From contig CM060734.1 in NCBI GenBank assembly GCA_030704615.1, forward strand, positions 44,826,001 through 44,890,000: a stretch of DNA of 64,000 nucleotides. The letters run 5' to 3'. This document shows, piece after piece, positions 42,198-61,542 of the stretch. The notes beneath the pieces were generated by a model. The model searched no databases. It was given only the letters and a program-made list of their open reading frames with translations, and was not told the origin of the DNA. Within the stretch, counting starts at the first letter, position 1, and each line of letters opens with the position of its first letter. Origin of the DNA: Takakia lepidozioides. Its lineage: Eukaryota > Plantae > Bryophyta. The position numbers and the translations under genes were made by a program.

Positions 42198-44312
42198 TTA
42201 TCCTCTTTCCATGTCAAAGCAATCCCTTTGTGGACCCCGGCCCTCTGCGAGCACTCCCTCGATCTTATCCATATCTGCTTCTGAGAGAGTGAATGAAAAT
42301 GCCTTCAAATTATCTTGAAGATGTTTGGAGTTCCGAAGACCAACAATGGGGTGGACAGGTCCCTGCTGCATAGCCCACCGCAGGGCAACATTTGCCACAC
42401 TGACTCCATGAGAGGCTGCCACTTCAGCAACAGTAACCAGCACCTTGCGCCAGTGTTCTTCCCCGCCAGCCTCTCTCACAATTCTCCAGTACATTTTCAA
42501 GCTCGAGGTACTCAGGTCTGGAGTACTGGACTTCACTTTCCTTCCTTGTTCCACATAGCTATCAGATAGTAGGCCCCCCGCAAGAGTCCCATATGTTAGA
42601 AGCTTGATATCCCTCTCCTTGCAGTACGCTAGCATCATTTTCCGTGGTCGTTGGTCCAACAAAGAGAACTGAACCTGACTACCAGACCAAGGAATGTTAA
42701 GAGTTTCATAGTATAGAGCGGTAAATATGGATATCCAACACCTTAGATAAGAATTTGGGAGTGCACTGCAAAAGACAAGTCTATCTATCATTTTCTAATG
42801 GATATCAAAATCCTGATGCCAATCCCATCCAACATCCAGTAACTCTATTGTCCTTCAGCTGTGCACTTTGCTATGTTGGAAACTTACAAAGGAATATAGA
42901 GTGACATGGCAATTGCAGGCTTGGTTTATTGAACCCAGTGAGTTTACATCCCCAAATAGGCTCCAGGAAGGTTCAGGGTCTAGCAGGGACTATCTCCACA
43001 GATGCAAGCCATAGCCAACATTTATAAGTTTATAAGGTTATCGTCGAAGAGTCCGTATAACTCTCTTTGCCTCGCAAGTAAGTTTCTTTCTTTGTCTTTC
43101 CTCTATCCCAAGAGCTTTTACAGCATAAAGCTCAGCCTTCAAGACAGAAGATGGGAAAAAATTGCTTCTAGAGAAACAGAGAGGATTAAAGAAGGGGGAA
43201 CTCAAATTTCTCTACTCCTAGAGAAAGGGGACCAAACCCTCCAGAAGTGGGCTCTATTGTTTGGAAAAACTAGGGTGCAAACCTTTGAAAACAAACATGC
43301 ACACTGCCCAAGTAGTAGCCGAAAGCATTGATGAATTCAGCCATACCTGATTGCAAACGACAGGGACGCCAGCATCCACGATCTGGGCAAGAGCTTCAGT
43401 GTTCATGTTAGTGGTTCCAATGCTTGTGATGAGGCCCTTCTCCTTCAAATCCGTCAGCGCTTTTGCAACACCAACCATGTCTGGTACACTGTAATCCCAC
43501 CAGTGAAGTTGCACCAGATCCAGCTTGGACACCCCCAAGGCTGACATCGATTTCCGAATGCTTTGCTCCACGAATTGAGGTGTCGGTTTATTCTGGAAAA
43601 TGTTCGGCACTAATTTCGTAAACACCTGCGACACAGATCGTCTGTGACAGTTGAGGGTGACAGAATCACGGAGCCGGGTTTGGGGCAGGGTAGGGAAGAG
43701 AAAAATACAAGCAAGGCGCCATTGCTTGAGCATGATATCTTCCACTGTTCTTTCAATTGCCCTTTGCAACATGCCATAGCCCTGGCTGAGATGTAGTTAA
43801 ATTCGATTCCTAGTTACTCATGCATTCTAACCACCCACCTCCACATTTTGGGGGACGTCATCCCCCTCCGAATTCCTCTTCCGCTCCCACTGTTCCCTGA
43901 ATTTACCCAGAATTCTTTCGCTGGGCCCGTAGATATCCGCAGTGTCAAATGTGTTAAGCCCATTCCTGGCATACAAATCCATGACCTCCAAAATCTCAGC
44001 CTCCACAATGCGACCATGGCCGCCCGCCAAAGTCCAGCAGCCATTCACAATCTGCGAAAAAACTGTGGGAGATCCATCATTGAATCTCACTCTGGCAATG
44101 TCCATTCCTGAAACCTGAGCTGTGGAGGAGCTGGTTGCCCGGGCTTCTACTGAGCACCATGCTTTTTGAACTGTGGTTGGGCTACTTGGCCGATGATGTC
44201 TTGGGCACCTTCTAAATCTGAAGAGAGGAAATGCGGAGGGGTTTTGTAAAACTGAGGGCCAAGTAGATGCCGAGATGCAAGCCTGGCTACAAAGCGACAA
44301 GCCCAGCGCCAT
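42198..44312 (-). CDS. Aldo-keto reductase 1 (At2g27680/RSP5-like subfamily) with transit-peptide-like N-terminus; exons 44312-43839, 43625-43347, 42674-42198
   Basis: NGCWTLAGGHG, FDTADIYGPSE, FTKLVP, LDLVQLHWWDY, NQVQFSLLDQRP, YGTLAGGLLSD. The Asp/Tyr/Lys/His tetrad is present. Confidence 0.92.
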
Positions 44313-44747
44313 GGCCACACCTTCGAATGCTTGCAGGGATAGAGCAAAAGAACGCATTTATACACAAGCGTCTTAACGTCTTAACCAAGTTTAACACGTG
44401 CACTGGCAAATTGTGATTGTCTAGCTTCCCCGTTCAATTAGTGTGACTTCTTCAATTGCGTAGTGAATTCGTAACATGATGCACACGAGGTTTGAAACAT
44501 TTGCGCCAGTAGTTTTCAGTTTGTAGTAACTGCTAGAAACCAAATCAGTAAGAAAGCACTGGCCACTTCCAACAGCCCACTCCACCAAACTGGAGAAAGT
44601 TTGGAATAGAAAACAACATTCATGGTGAGTAAGCAAGTTCTAAAATCTCTTTCAAGACTATTAAGGCAGCCACCAACAACTTCAGACTTTCTTTCATGTT
44701 GGAGATTCTTTTGCAAGGTGCACAATGGAGCTACCTCTGGGAGTCTA
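44162..44747 (+). repeat. Direct segmental repeat, copy 1 (AKR1 5' coding end plus promoter)
   Basis: Aligns by eye with 56411-57078 in the same orientation. Confidence 0.92.
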
Positions 44748-45346
44748 GCCCTGAATGAGCACCTCTGGCTACTACACTCCACCATGCTCACCTACAGTCA
44801 TCAGCCTCTGAAATGGATAGCATAGCTTAGAAGAGTCCCAGCTGGGACAAAAGTGTTGTATGTTGATCAGAAGTAGGGTACCCTCGTTCAGAATGTAGTA
44901 AGACCTAAGCTGGGGTGTCACTCCACATCTCTAAGTTCTACAAGAAACAAGAAGATAGAAATCGCTCACATCAGCCTTCATACCTGTGTTTGACCACAGT
45001 ATGACTGGCATGGTATACAGCAACATCCCATCAAATGATCTCAGCCTCAAAGCTAGGGCCCTTGGAAAAATTGGCTTCGTAGTTGAATACAAAACCAGTA
45101 CTACCATCACAAGCCAAAAGTTCAATGCAATGGTCTGTGCTAATACTTGCATTTTTTTAACCAAGTTCTTGGCTTTGGAGTAGAACATAAACCAAAACCA
45201 TAACCAGTACTACCATATGTTTGCTGTTACCACGCACGTGTGACGAAGTTCTGTAAGCCAAAGAATTTTGACTAATAGCTGTGGAGTCATGCCAACCTGT
45301 AGTGGAAGCGTAACTGCTATTAGAGAGAACCCTACCACAAATAGCT

Positions 45347-51179
<5,833 letters not shown>

Positions 51180-51311
51180 GCAAATTGTCGCCCTCGAAGG
51201 GATTCTGCACCAAATCCGTAGAAGCTGCAATGACAACTGAGCGTAACTTAAAGAGAGGTTGGGTAGCGCGTGAGCATACTCCACAAGAGAATATTATTGT
51301 CTATGTTCCAT

Positions 51312-51443
51312 GACTATCCCAAAACATAGGGATAGTCCCGGGATAGTCCCTAAACTATCCCTAGTTAGTTCACTCCCAAAACATAGTTTTTGGGAGTGAA
51401 CTAACTTGGGAGAGTCCCAAAACATAGGGATAGTCCCTAAACT
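51312..51443. repeat. Palindromic/direct-repeat element in the VTE1-eIF3m divergent promoter
   Basis: Perfect 19-bp inverted repeat 51363-51381/51388-51406, flanked by two copies of tcccaaaacatagggatagtccc (51317, 51415). Confidence 0.85.
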
Positions 51444-51618
51444 TTTTTGTTTTCTGAATTCCATACTTGGTAGGGGTACAGATAACGTCCTGCGGTTCCC
51501 ATCACAGTCGGTCTAGGGCAGGCTGTTGTGGGTGCGCATGCCTCTGCTGCAGCTGAGCTTGGATTGCTAGAAGGGTGATTGCTGAGGGTTGGTAGGAAGG
51601 GCGGATCATCTCGCAGCC

Positions 51619-54600
51619 ATGAGCACGTTGGTGGAGACTTCAGATGAGGAGCCGACGCTCGCTGTGGCCCGTGTGATTGCGGAGCTTGCTTGGGCAGATG
51701 GCGGCCCAGAGGTGGGGGACTCTAAACCGCTTTGCACTAGTGTTGAGGGTGTAAGCTGGTAGTATTGTCAACTTAATTCAAGTGTAGGAAATGGAGTGCT
51801 CTGGCCTTCTGTTGTGATGAACTCCCTCGCCTCCTGTCTAGACTTTTCTTTGTTTGACGGTGTTTTGGATTTAGAGCAAGGGGAAGGGGAAAGAGGGTTG
51901 GGTTCAGGGAGGGTGAGGAAAAGGGGGGAGGTAAGACGGTTCAACAGGGGATGGTAGGTCTGTCAGCCAAGACGCTGCTGCAGGGGAACTTGTGTTGCAC
52001 TAGCGATTTTTTTGAGAAGTGTTGTCATATTGGGCTGTCAGAGTTCGGAACTGGGCGTCCGATTTGGTATCAAGAAAGTGCAAACCGTCTGTTTCGTGTT
52101 TAGGTGTCGGAGCCAGCGGTGGCACAGTATTGCGAGGAGGCAGAGTCCCATTTGGTGGCCGGTCGCTACTCCGATCTTGCCGACCTGTTACTGATATCTG
52201 CAGATGTTGTACTTGCCAATGCATCCGAGAAGGGTAAGGCACCTCCTCTGATCCAGCTTGGGTGTATTCGTGGTAACAGAAACACTGGCGGGAAATGCTC
52301 TGGGTTTTTCTGCTCCTGTTATTCCAGCTTTTTGGTGAGAGAGAAACGCACCATCCAGACGGGGCTTTGCAGCAGCATGTAGCCTGGGGATCAGAGCATT
52401 AAGGGGTTTGAGGAGGGGAAGAGCACACATCATTGATCAGTTCTGCTCAGTGACTATTTTGATTGTGACGATGCAGACATGGAATGTATATTCACTGTTA
52501 TTTCCAACCTAGTTTCAAAGGCTCAAAGTCCAGATGAAGCTCTGGCGATGGCTGACCAGATTGCGAACAAGCTGTCGGCCCAGCCTATTGATAAGCCTGC
52601 TGTCCGCCTGAAAATGTAGGTATTGTAATTTGCAAATGCTCACCTGCAAGCCAGTATTTTTCATGTGAACTAGGAGAAAGGGCGAAAGCTAGCATCATGT
52701 GAAGAATGAAGCAAAGGGAAAGGATGTTGTTAAAGTGGCCTTCCTACTTCGTTGGGTTCTTTTGAACTTGAGCTTTGAATATTAGGGAAGAAGTCCAACT
52801 GGTGTTTTGTATGTGGGGGGTATGGCAATCACAGCCTGTTTCACTTGTACAACATGCTGGAGAATCCATATGGTCGGTTTTTGATTTTCAGAAGGGCTCT
52901 TAAGCTTTCCATTGCTGGAAAGGTGACAGAGCTCATTGTGCCTTCTTTCAAACGTATTGATGCATTTCTTCATGAATGGAACATTGGAGAGAGCGACAAG
53001 CGTGACCTCTATCTCTCTGCCACCACCATTCTGAAGGATCAGAAGGGGTACGTATTCATCTGTCTCCTGCCCCTTTGACATATGCAAGAGTGAAGGTTAT
53101 ACATCCGTTTTGAGGTGGTGGGTATCACTGTCCAAGGGAGCAGGATCTGTCTGGTTTTGAGCTATTCTAAGGATTACTTTTTGTGTGATTGCAAGTCATT
53201 CCTTTTGGGTATGACACAATGTTCTCTCATGCAGTTCATTGATCTTTTTGTTTGTTGTTGTAGAGTCTGTAGCATGCAGTCGTGAGTCATTGTTTAACCA
53301 GTCGGAGGGCCTTTTTTATTGGGGCTTGTGTATTGCAGCTCTGCAAAGGAGTTGTTCTCATTTCTGGTGAAGTATCTGGCAACATTTGAAGGGGAGGATG
53401 CAAGCACTCTAAATGAAGCTAGAGAAGAAGCTGTCAGAGCAGTGATCGAATTTGTCAAAGCCCCTGACATGTTCCAGGTATTTGAACTTATGCATGGTCC
53501 TTAGGTTGGCTCTTTCTGACATATCTCTATTCTTGCTCATGGCCTCCGTATTTGCCTGTTACAGCACCAGCCATCTGATTAGTCACATCATAGAGTGAGA
53601 GTCAGTGCTCAATGAAGATAGGTTTAAACCTGCTTACGGTGTTACGTGATGCTGTGTATAACTTTGGTATGAAGAGTAATTCTAGCTAATTGTAGTCGTA
53701 TATTGGAGCCTCTTATTATTTCTTCGGAGTTTTTCCGTAGTCACAATTCGGACCTGGGAGTCTTTTTAAATGCAAGTTCAGCTCAAGCTAAGGTGGATGA
53801 TTTGTCCAGTCTCTATCATCCGTGCTCGGTGATACTAGACTGGATTGTTCTAAGCCTGAAGTGTGTGAATGCAGAAACATCGGTCTGGTGACCACAGCAT
53901 CTACCTTGTAAGTATTGTCTCTTTCTGTTCACCTTCTTTTCCAAGAACCTGTAGAGGATGAATGGATGAAAGCTTGGTCACAATATGGCAAAGGTCTCCA
54001 GAGTTGTCAACCCACTGAAGGTTGTTATTGAGGGAAAAGCGTCTTGGTGATCATGCTTGTGAGTATGAATCACAAGTTGAAAACTGGTAGTTTAGCACCC
54101 CTGTGATTTGTCTGGCTCTTCTTTGGTGTACTTCAGTGTAGTTAGTTGAGCATCTAGAAGCTTCACTTTCAGGTGTCTGGCCAATGCCCGTTTGGGTAGT
54201 GCCATGGATGAGTAATGTTGACTGACCTCCTGAGCCAGGGGTCTGTATGATTTGAAGGTTGATTGTGAAGTGCAGTAAATGTGACCAATGACAGGGTGCC
54301 ATGGTGCAATTCTAACAAGGGTGGTTTGTGGGCATGGCAGTGTGATTTGCTGGACATGCCACCTGTGCGACAGCTGGAGGTGGATGAGAAGTATTCCCCA
54401 GTGTATCGCCTACTGGAAATTTTTCTCACTGGCCGCCTTGATGCCTACCTTGAATTCCAGGCTGCAAATGCAGCACTACTAAAAGCCTTTGGTAAGTTTC
54501 TCATCCCAACTCATTAATCACATCTCTCTGTCTCACCTCTCTCTCTCTCTTAGGCCATACTGATATTCCACCATTTTAAGACTTACCATTGCAACATTTT

Positions 54601-56197
54601 TATGCCTTCGAAATCTTGTGTTGCAGCAGAAAGTCATTAGCATACTGTGGATGATTGTATGCAGGGCTTGTGCATGAGGATTGCGTTACCAAGATGCGTC
54701 TAATGTCATTGGCTGGCCTTGCCTCAAAGGGTTCTGGGGAGATCACTTACTCTGTCGTCAGAGATGCTCTCAAGGTTTGTGCTGTTTTGTGCTGTTCTGG
54801 GAGGATAGAGAATAGACTTATGTAAGTTGCTGCTGTGGCCTTTAGCAACGGTCCTGACACCCGGTTTGGGAAGGGGGTGGGTTATGCGAGTATTTTCTGG
54901 ATATTTTTGTCAATTTCTAGTGACCCATTCCTAAGTTGTGTGTGGGATAGGGACGTTTGAAAGGGTTGAACTAAGTGTATTTGGTGGTCTTATTCATCCA
55001 CTTAGAACACATAAGTACCTAAATCACTTAATTCTCCAGTGCTTCAGTTCATGAGACGGAACCTTATGAGGTTAACTCTTTTTAACCTGTTTAGTTTGGC
55101 AGTATTCAACAGCTGACTGAACGATATGGAAACACATTTGAGTCGTCAGTCTGACATTACTTTTGTATCTAGACGTCATCAGCTTACTTCTGCGTGTAAG
55201 TGTAGACCATGAGTACCTATGTTATTAAAACAAGGTATTTGACCAGTCCAAGCTGTAAGCTGCAAAGTCAGCATTTCGAATGTGTTCTCAATGCAACTGG
55301 GTGATGAAATACTACTGGAGGTTGAAGTGTATGATTACAGCAGTCCAGGGCTTGTGGCAAATTCGTAAATCTTGGTCAGCATAAAGTTTGCTGAAGAGCT
55401 TACGTGTGCTGTGGCAGGTGACAGATGATGAAGTAGAGTACTGGATAGTGAGGGCAATTGGATCAAAGCTCTTGGAGGCAAAGATGGACCAACTGCGGCA
55501 GGTTGTTATCATTGGGTATGTTTTCTGGTGTTGTATACCTCTAGCTTCTCAGACTTGACCCTCATCTGTTGTCAGTTTGTCCATCAAGGAGGAAATACGG
55601 TGACCCAACATAGCAGGAAGGTTGATCCTTTTGTGAGAGGTTTTTCAGGATGGAGGATCCTAAAAGATAACAGCAGTCGCGAACCTACGGGTTCTTGACT
55701 CCTCCTGCTTGTATTTTTCGTTTTCCTTTTCTCATTTTTTTCATGCTAACCAGATTTGGGATTGGTTGATTTCCTGTGGAAATATTGGGGCCTGGTTTCC
55801 TTGCAGCCGATGTACTGAGAGGGTGTTTGGGCTATCACAGTGGCAAGATTTGCGGGCCAAACTCGCTGTCTGGAAGGTAATCCTGAATGGTGTCTAACGG
55901 ATGTGTCTTGAATGAAGATGTGTTTATGGAGGCTGTATCGTCTACCAGGTGTAGGGGGAAGGCCCTCTTTTTTTCTGTGGTGGTGATGACGAATTTTTAC
56001 TAGAGAACCTCTGTAAACGTTTTTGTCGGATCTCAAACCTGAACAGTATGTTGTTGAGATACTGACGTACAGGTCACTCTCTATGCTGTGTTGGGATTCT
56101 GCAGGACAACATCAACAATGTTTCCAGAATTGTGGCAAATGCGAAAGCGTCTCAAACGGGGCTGCCTCAAGGACTTCAAGTTGCAGCAGTCCAGTAG
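51619..56197 (+). CDS. eIF3m: Translation initiation factor 3 subunit M (PCI domain); exons 51619-51711, 52104-52233, 52477-52615, 52835-53047, 53339-53477, 54341-54491, 54665-54774, 55418-55515, 55807-55876, 56105-56197
   Basis: MSTLVETSDEEP.LAV...LAWADGGPE, LYNMLENPYGRF, FVKAPDMFQCDLLDMP, KMRLMSL, KMDQ, RVFG..QW. Confidence 0.93.
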
Positions 56198-56410
56198 TTT
56201 TGCTCATTCTTTAGCTTTAGCACATTTCTTAGCGAGATGCTAACAAGTCTGCGGATGATCAAGTAATTGTAAGGTGAAGGGATTAGTTTTTGCAGAGATT
56301 ATTAAAACTTCAGGCGCAACTGGCTTTTCCTCTTCAGAAGTATAGTATGCATCTGCAGGAAGGAGCTGATTTTATGTTGAGCTTAGCGACCTCACACCCG
56401 TCATAGAGTC

Positions 56411-57078
56411 CTTTTTGAACTGTGGTTGGGCTACTTGGCCGATTGTATCTTGGGCACCTTCTAAATCTGAAGACAGGAAATGCAGAGGGGTTCAGTAAAA
56501 CTGAGGGCCAAGTAGATGCCGAGATGCAAGCCTGGCTACAAAGCGACAAGCCCACCGCCATGGCCACACCTTCGAATGCTTGCAGCGGATAGAGCCAAAG
56601 AACGGACTTATATGCAAGCGTCTTAACGTCTTAAAGTCTTAACAAAGTTAACATGTGTACACTGGCTAATTGTGATTGTCTGTCTTCCCCATTGGATTAG
56701 TGTGACTTTTTCAATTGCAAAGTGAATTCGTAATGTGATGCCCACGAGGTTTTAAACATTGCACCAGTAGTTTCAGTTGATAGTAGCTGCTAGGAACCAA
56801 ATCACTTCAGGTCTGAATGGGCCTTTAACTCGGCCAATCTGGATAAAGAGGAGGAGAATCCTAATTCTAAGCACGTTTTGAGCAAAGCACTGGCCACTTC
56901 CAACAGCCTACTCCACCAAACTGGAGAAAGTTTGGAAGAGAAAACAACATCCATGGTGAGTAAGCAAGTTCTAAAATCTCTTTCACGACTATTAAGGCAG
57001 GCACCGACACCTTCAGACTTTCTTTCATGTTGGAGATTCTTTTGCAAGGTGCACAATGGAGCTACCGCTGGGAGTCTA
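56411..57078 (+). repeat. Direct segmental repeat, copy 2 (contains an orphan AKR1 transit-peptide fragment, minus strand ~56411-56561)
   Basis: Minus strand reads MAVGLSLCSQACISASTWPSVLLNPSAFPVFRFRRCPRYNRPSSPTTVQK, versus AKR1 MALGLSLCSQACISASTWPSVLQNPSAFPLFRFRRCPRHHRPSSPTTVQK. This copy has ~80 bp extra at 56805-56883. Confidence 0.92.
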
Positions 57079-57368
57079 AATCCCACTGGACCGCCCTTCC
57101 CAAGTATGTAGAAAACTAAGAACCGCCCAAACTTGGTTCTCACATTATTCCAATTGGTTCTGGAAACAAGTTGTGTTGTGAGGTAAGTAAATTACTTGAG
57201 GTTTTGAGAGTGCTTACATTGCGACCATGGACCCCACTTTGAGACGTGTCTGCAAGCCTGCTGGCCCAGCCTGATCCATGGCCATCGCTGATGAACACAA
57301 TGGGAGCCGGCAACACGCTGCTCTACCGACTAGCAATGTGATAGTGAGGAGGCAGGGAGGCGAAGGTG

Positions 57369-60300
57369 ATGGATTCGGACGTGCAGAGGATGGCCGACAA
57401 TACCAGCTCCACACCAATCCGATCTGTTGGAAGCTTTGACGTGCCTGCCATCATCACTGGTCCGTCCCCTTCTTGGCCTGGGGTTTGGCGTTTTTCCGAT
57501 GTTGTATGGAAATATAAATCTGTATCTTGAAGTGGGTTTGAATGCGGCTGGAAGGTCGATTCAGGGTCACAGTGTGGGTTGATGGGGGTCACTGGAGCTC
57601 ATTGCTGCAGAGCAGAGGCTGTTCTTACGGATTTTGAGAAGAATAGCTCGCATAGACTGCGCCTTATATTTTGCGATGAGCCGTGTATTATCACACCAAT
57701 TCATTCTATTTAGGATCTTCCATCTCCTTCCCAACAATTTTCCCACGTTGCAAAGATTCAAATTTGACACTACAAAGCGTTTATACGTTCTTCAATTTTG
57801 AAGCTGATGGCGACGGCCAATTGATATCACTCAGGGTTGAAATGGGTTTCGCTGTCTTCATCCCTCTAATGGCACCGGACTTGCGGTGGAGGATATTGAG
57901 AAATTTGGTGTTAGGATAGTGTTTGGGCTTCCGTGAAGGAGTTTGTTTGTGGCATTAGGGAGGTCGTGGGGATATGGATGAGTGTAATGCTGACTGATGA
58001 GGCGGATATCGAAAAGTCCAACACGAAATATACGATAGCTTTAGGTCGCTTCCCTACTCTGTCGGAAGCGGAGCTGTGACAAGTACCTTTATGTTAGTGC
58101 ATTGATTTCGATCCAAGTTGCAGGAATGTGGCAGGTGGCTGGAGGGCATGGAACAATCGATGCAAAGAAGGCAGTGGAGGAGATGAAAAAATACGTCTTC
58201 TCTGGGCTGAATGTCTTTGACATGGCTGACATCTGTGAGTTTTGACTCTTGCACTGATGTTGTGGTTGTGAGGTTGACTACACCATACATTCTGCTTTTT
58301 GAAAGGTGAGAGAGACAGGAAAAGGGACCAGGAGCACGCTCGTTTGAAGCATGTCTTCGCCAATTGATTCCTTGGCTGTAGTAAATTATTTGCAAATCAG
58401 CATTAATATTTGGACATTTAGCAATGAGTTTAAGGTAAACTAGCCATAGGCTTCACCTGAATGTGAGAGCAATCAGGATAAATAATGGTCAATCAGCATG
58501 TTTTTGTCAATAGCCATTTGTGTTGATGTGAAATTCAAGTAGCAGGAACAAAGAAACTAATGGTGGTATATAATGGTAGATTATCTTATCAAGTTTAACT
58601 ATGTACCAAGCACTGAGTCAGCTGTGGGAGCTAATAAAGCATGTGCTTTCAGTCTTAGTCATGGTTTGTTCAAAATGACAAATAAGTTTGCGACGTTGGA
58701 GTTGAAAGAGAATAATCAATCATGCATGGAAAGAGGTCTCTATGATATAGTTTTGTATCGCATTCTGCTTGAGGCGCGAGTCTTACATGCCGACAGGTCT
58801 TTTCAAATTCATGAACGTAACATGGATTTATGTTCCACACTGGAAATTGGCCTCATTAAACCAGTAGGAGGAATTCTCATGTGGGATGCAGATGGACCTG
58901 CAGAGGAAATTTATGGCAAGTTTTTAAAGGATTACTTGGGCAACAAACCTGTCTATGGCTTTACTAAATTTGTCCCTCGTTATGGTACGTTTGTTAACCC
59001 ATACTTTTTGATTGAGTGATTCCTCTTAGAGCCGTGTATCTCTGGACATGTTTTGAAGCAGGACGACTCGGGGGAGAGAAGGGAGGGAGGGTAGCTGGAG
59101 ACACATAAATTGTTAGGAGATCTGTAGCATTGTGGCTGGAGATCCCACACCCACGCTGGATGTAGTAACGAGTGCATGCACAAGAGATGCCAACAACAGA
59201 ATCCAAGCAAAATCAAAGAATGCAACGTAAGGTCATGCAGTGGAATAATCAGTCATGGATGGTGTAGGCAATCCTGGTGCACATACGCGAGCAGTTGTGG
59301 AGGCCAGCATTGATAGATCCCGCCAGTGTATGGGAGTCTCGACTTTGGACATGGTCCAGTTTCACTGGTGGGTTCTTTCTCTGTGCCTCGGCCCTCCTAG
59401 AGTGTAACTACTGTGTCTCTTTCTTCACACCCTCTTGTTCAGTCTGCACCCTTACAATGGTGACCGCCCCATTCCACTTTATTTGTTCCTCCTCTTTTAC
59501 TCTCCAAGCCAGGCTCAGTGTGTATGACTTCTACACAGTATGATGAGTACATCTCCTCTCCAGCCTGCTCTGAGCAGCCACAACCAGTAGTTTTGGCACG
59601 TGGATGTGCCATCTATGGAAGATGCCCTCGAAATCTCAATACCACAAGTGTCATATAATGTGGTGCTAAAAAGTGTCTGGGAAAGCTTGCAACAGTTAGT
59701 CCGATACACCGGAAACTGTTAGTGGTCCTGGGTTGAATTCAGTAACGGCAGATTCAGACTTATTGTGCACAGTTGTACTATAAGTGGTCACTGGAAGTGC
59801 CCACTGTGAATGAAGGCAGTATCAGGACTCATTTTTAGCAATTTATCTGTGAGGTGCCATCCATCTTGTTGTTTTTCAGCTTGCTTGCATGGTGTAAAGT
59901 CTTTGAAGTACTGCATAGCCATAAACACCAGGGGGCTAGGTCAGTGACTGGAAGGGGCTGGTGTGAAGAACACAGGTGGGACTATTCTGATGTTCGATTC
60001 TTTGATGCCATGAAGTGGTTGCGAACGCTGCAACTGGAGGGCAAAATCAAGGATCTTGCGTTAACTAACTTCGACACTGAACATATGGCCAAATTGGTTG
60101 AGGATTGTGCAGTGCCCATTGTTGCAAATCAGGTGAGTCGTTGTGTGGTCTGTCTGTCTGTCTGTATGGCTGACTCTCTATATAACCGTTCATCAAAAGC
60201 ATTATAACTGTCATTGTAGGGTACTGAGTTGCTGCAATCAACATTGGTACTCACAGACTTGCATCTTGGCTATTGCCTTGATGTCCTCAGAAGGATTTTT

Positions 60301-61542
60301 TTAACTGTTTCACTTTTGTTGGAAACATACTGGGACAAATTTGCAAAGCAGACGTGCATGAAATGAGAAGGTGGATGGTGCAGGTGGCATATTCTGTGAT
60401 TGACACACGTCCAGAGAAGAAGATGGTGTCATGGTGCTTGAAGAACAATGTTAAGATTCTTGCATACGGGTAAATCTTTTCACAAGAAGACCTTCAAGTT
60501 TATGGATGCATTGTTTATATTCTAGAAGAGGTCTTTAAGAAAATGTAGGCTACACTCATTGTCTTGATTGAGATGATGTGTAGAAAAGTTTCTCCTCATG
60601 GACTGTTCCCTGTTAACACTGTGGTGATGTATCCTAAGGGTATATCGAAGGAGAATGTTTCCAGCAAGAATCTAGCCCATTGCCTACTCTTCAAGCGTCA
60701 ATTTGACACTTCATTGTCATTGTTGCAGAGATGACATGTTTTATTGGCCTTGCAGGACCCTGCTGGGTGGGCTTCTGTCAGATAAGTATGTGGGTAAACC
60801 CGAGCCAAAGAGGAACGAACTCTCCACTCAATCCCTATCGAAATACAAATACAGCATTGATCAGTGGGGTGGCTGGGCACTTTTCCAGGTGCGTTTCTTC
60901 TGAGAGATAAGAGCAACTGTCTCCCTGAACTAATTGCTTATACCAGGGAAAATCACATTACTGGAGTGAGCCCCTCACAAAGGTAGTTCATATCCCCTAT
61001 GTTTCTGTCCAAACTGGGCGTGGGGTCTATGGCCACGAGGCTATGGCAAACAAATCTCATAAGTACATTCTCTCTCTTTCTTTCTCGTCTGGGTGAAGAC
61101 TTTCTCGTCTGGGAGAAAAGGGATTTGCAGGGAATGGCATGAGTACATCTCTTCTCTCTTGTAGCATTATAAGATGGTCTTTCCTCTGGTAATTAGGGCT
61201 CAATGTGTTTGCTTGCAGTCCATGAATTTGTGACTGTAGCATCATGTTCAAGCATTATGTCTTACAAATACATCTCTGTCCCAGGAGCTTCTACTGGCAC
61301 TACGTCGAATTGCAGAGAAACATGGAGTGAGCATCAGTAATGTGGCAGTGCGCTATGTTGCAGATAAGCCTGCTGTCGGTGCCGTTATAATAGGTGCACG
61401 CCTCAGTATATCAGAGCATATTGCAAGTAATCAGGCCATATACTCCTTCCCGGGTTTGGATGAAGAAGACCTGGCTTTGATCCATTCGGTGGTGAGAAAG
61501 GGGACCGAATTATCCGGTGACTGTGGTGATGAGTATCGGTAG
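57369..61542 (+). CDS. Aldo-keto reductase 2 (At2g27680/RSP5-like subfamily); exons ~57369-57459, 58124-58234, 58892-58984, 59268-59367, 59976-60132, 60384-60469, 60756-60888, 61285-61542
   Basis: [89 protein letters not shown]. Confidence 0.92.
60928..61040 (+). repeat. Short copy of the LINE 3'-end sequence seen at ~32863-32975
   Basis: ctggagtgagcccctcac...ctatgtttc..tccaaactgggc...atggccac is shared between TTL intron 5 and AKR2 intron 7. Confidence 0.75.

Noticed and set aside
58573-59019. 148-aa ORF as a standalone gene
   Set aside because: It is an open intron frame running through AKR2 exon 3 (58892-58984).
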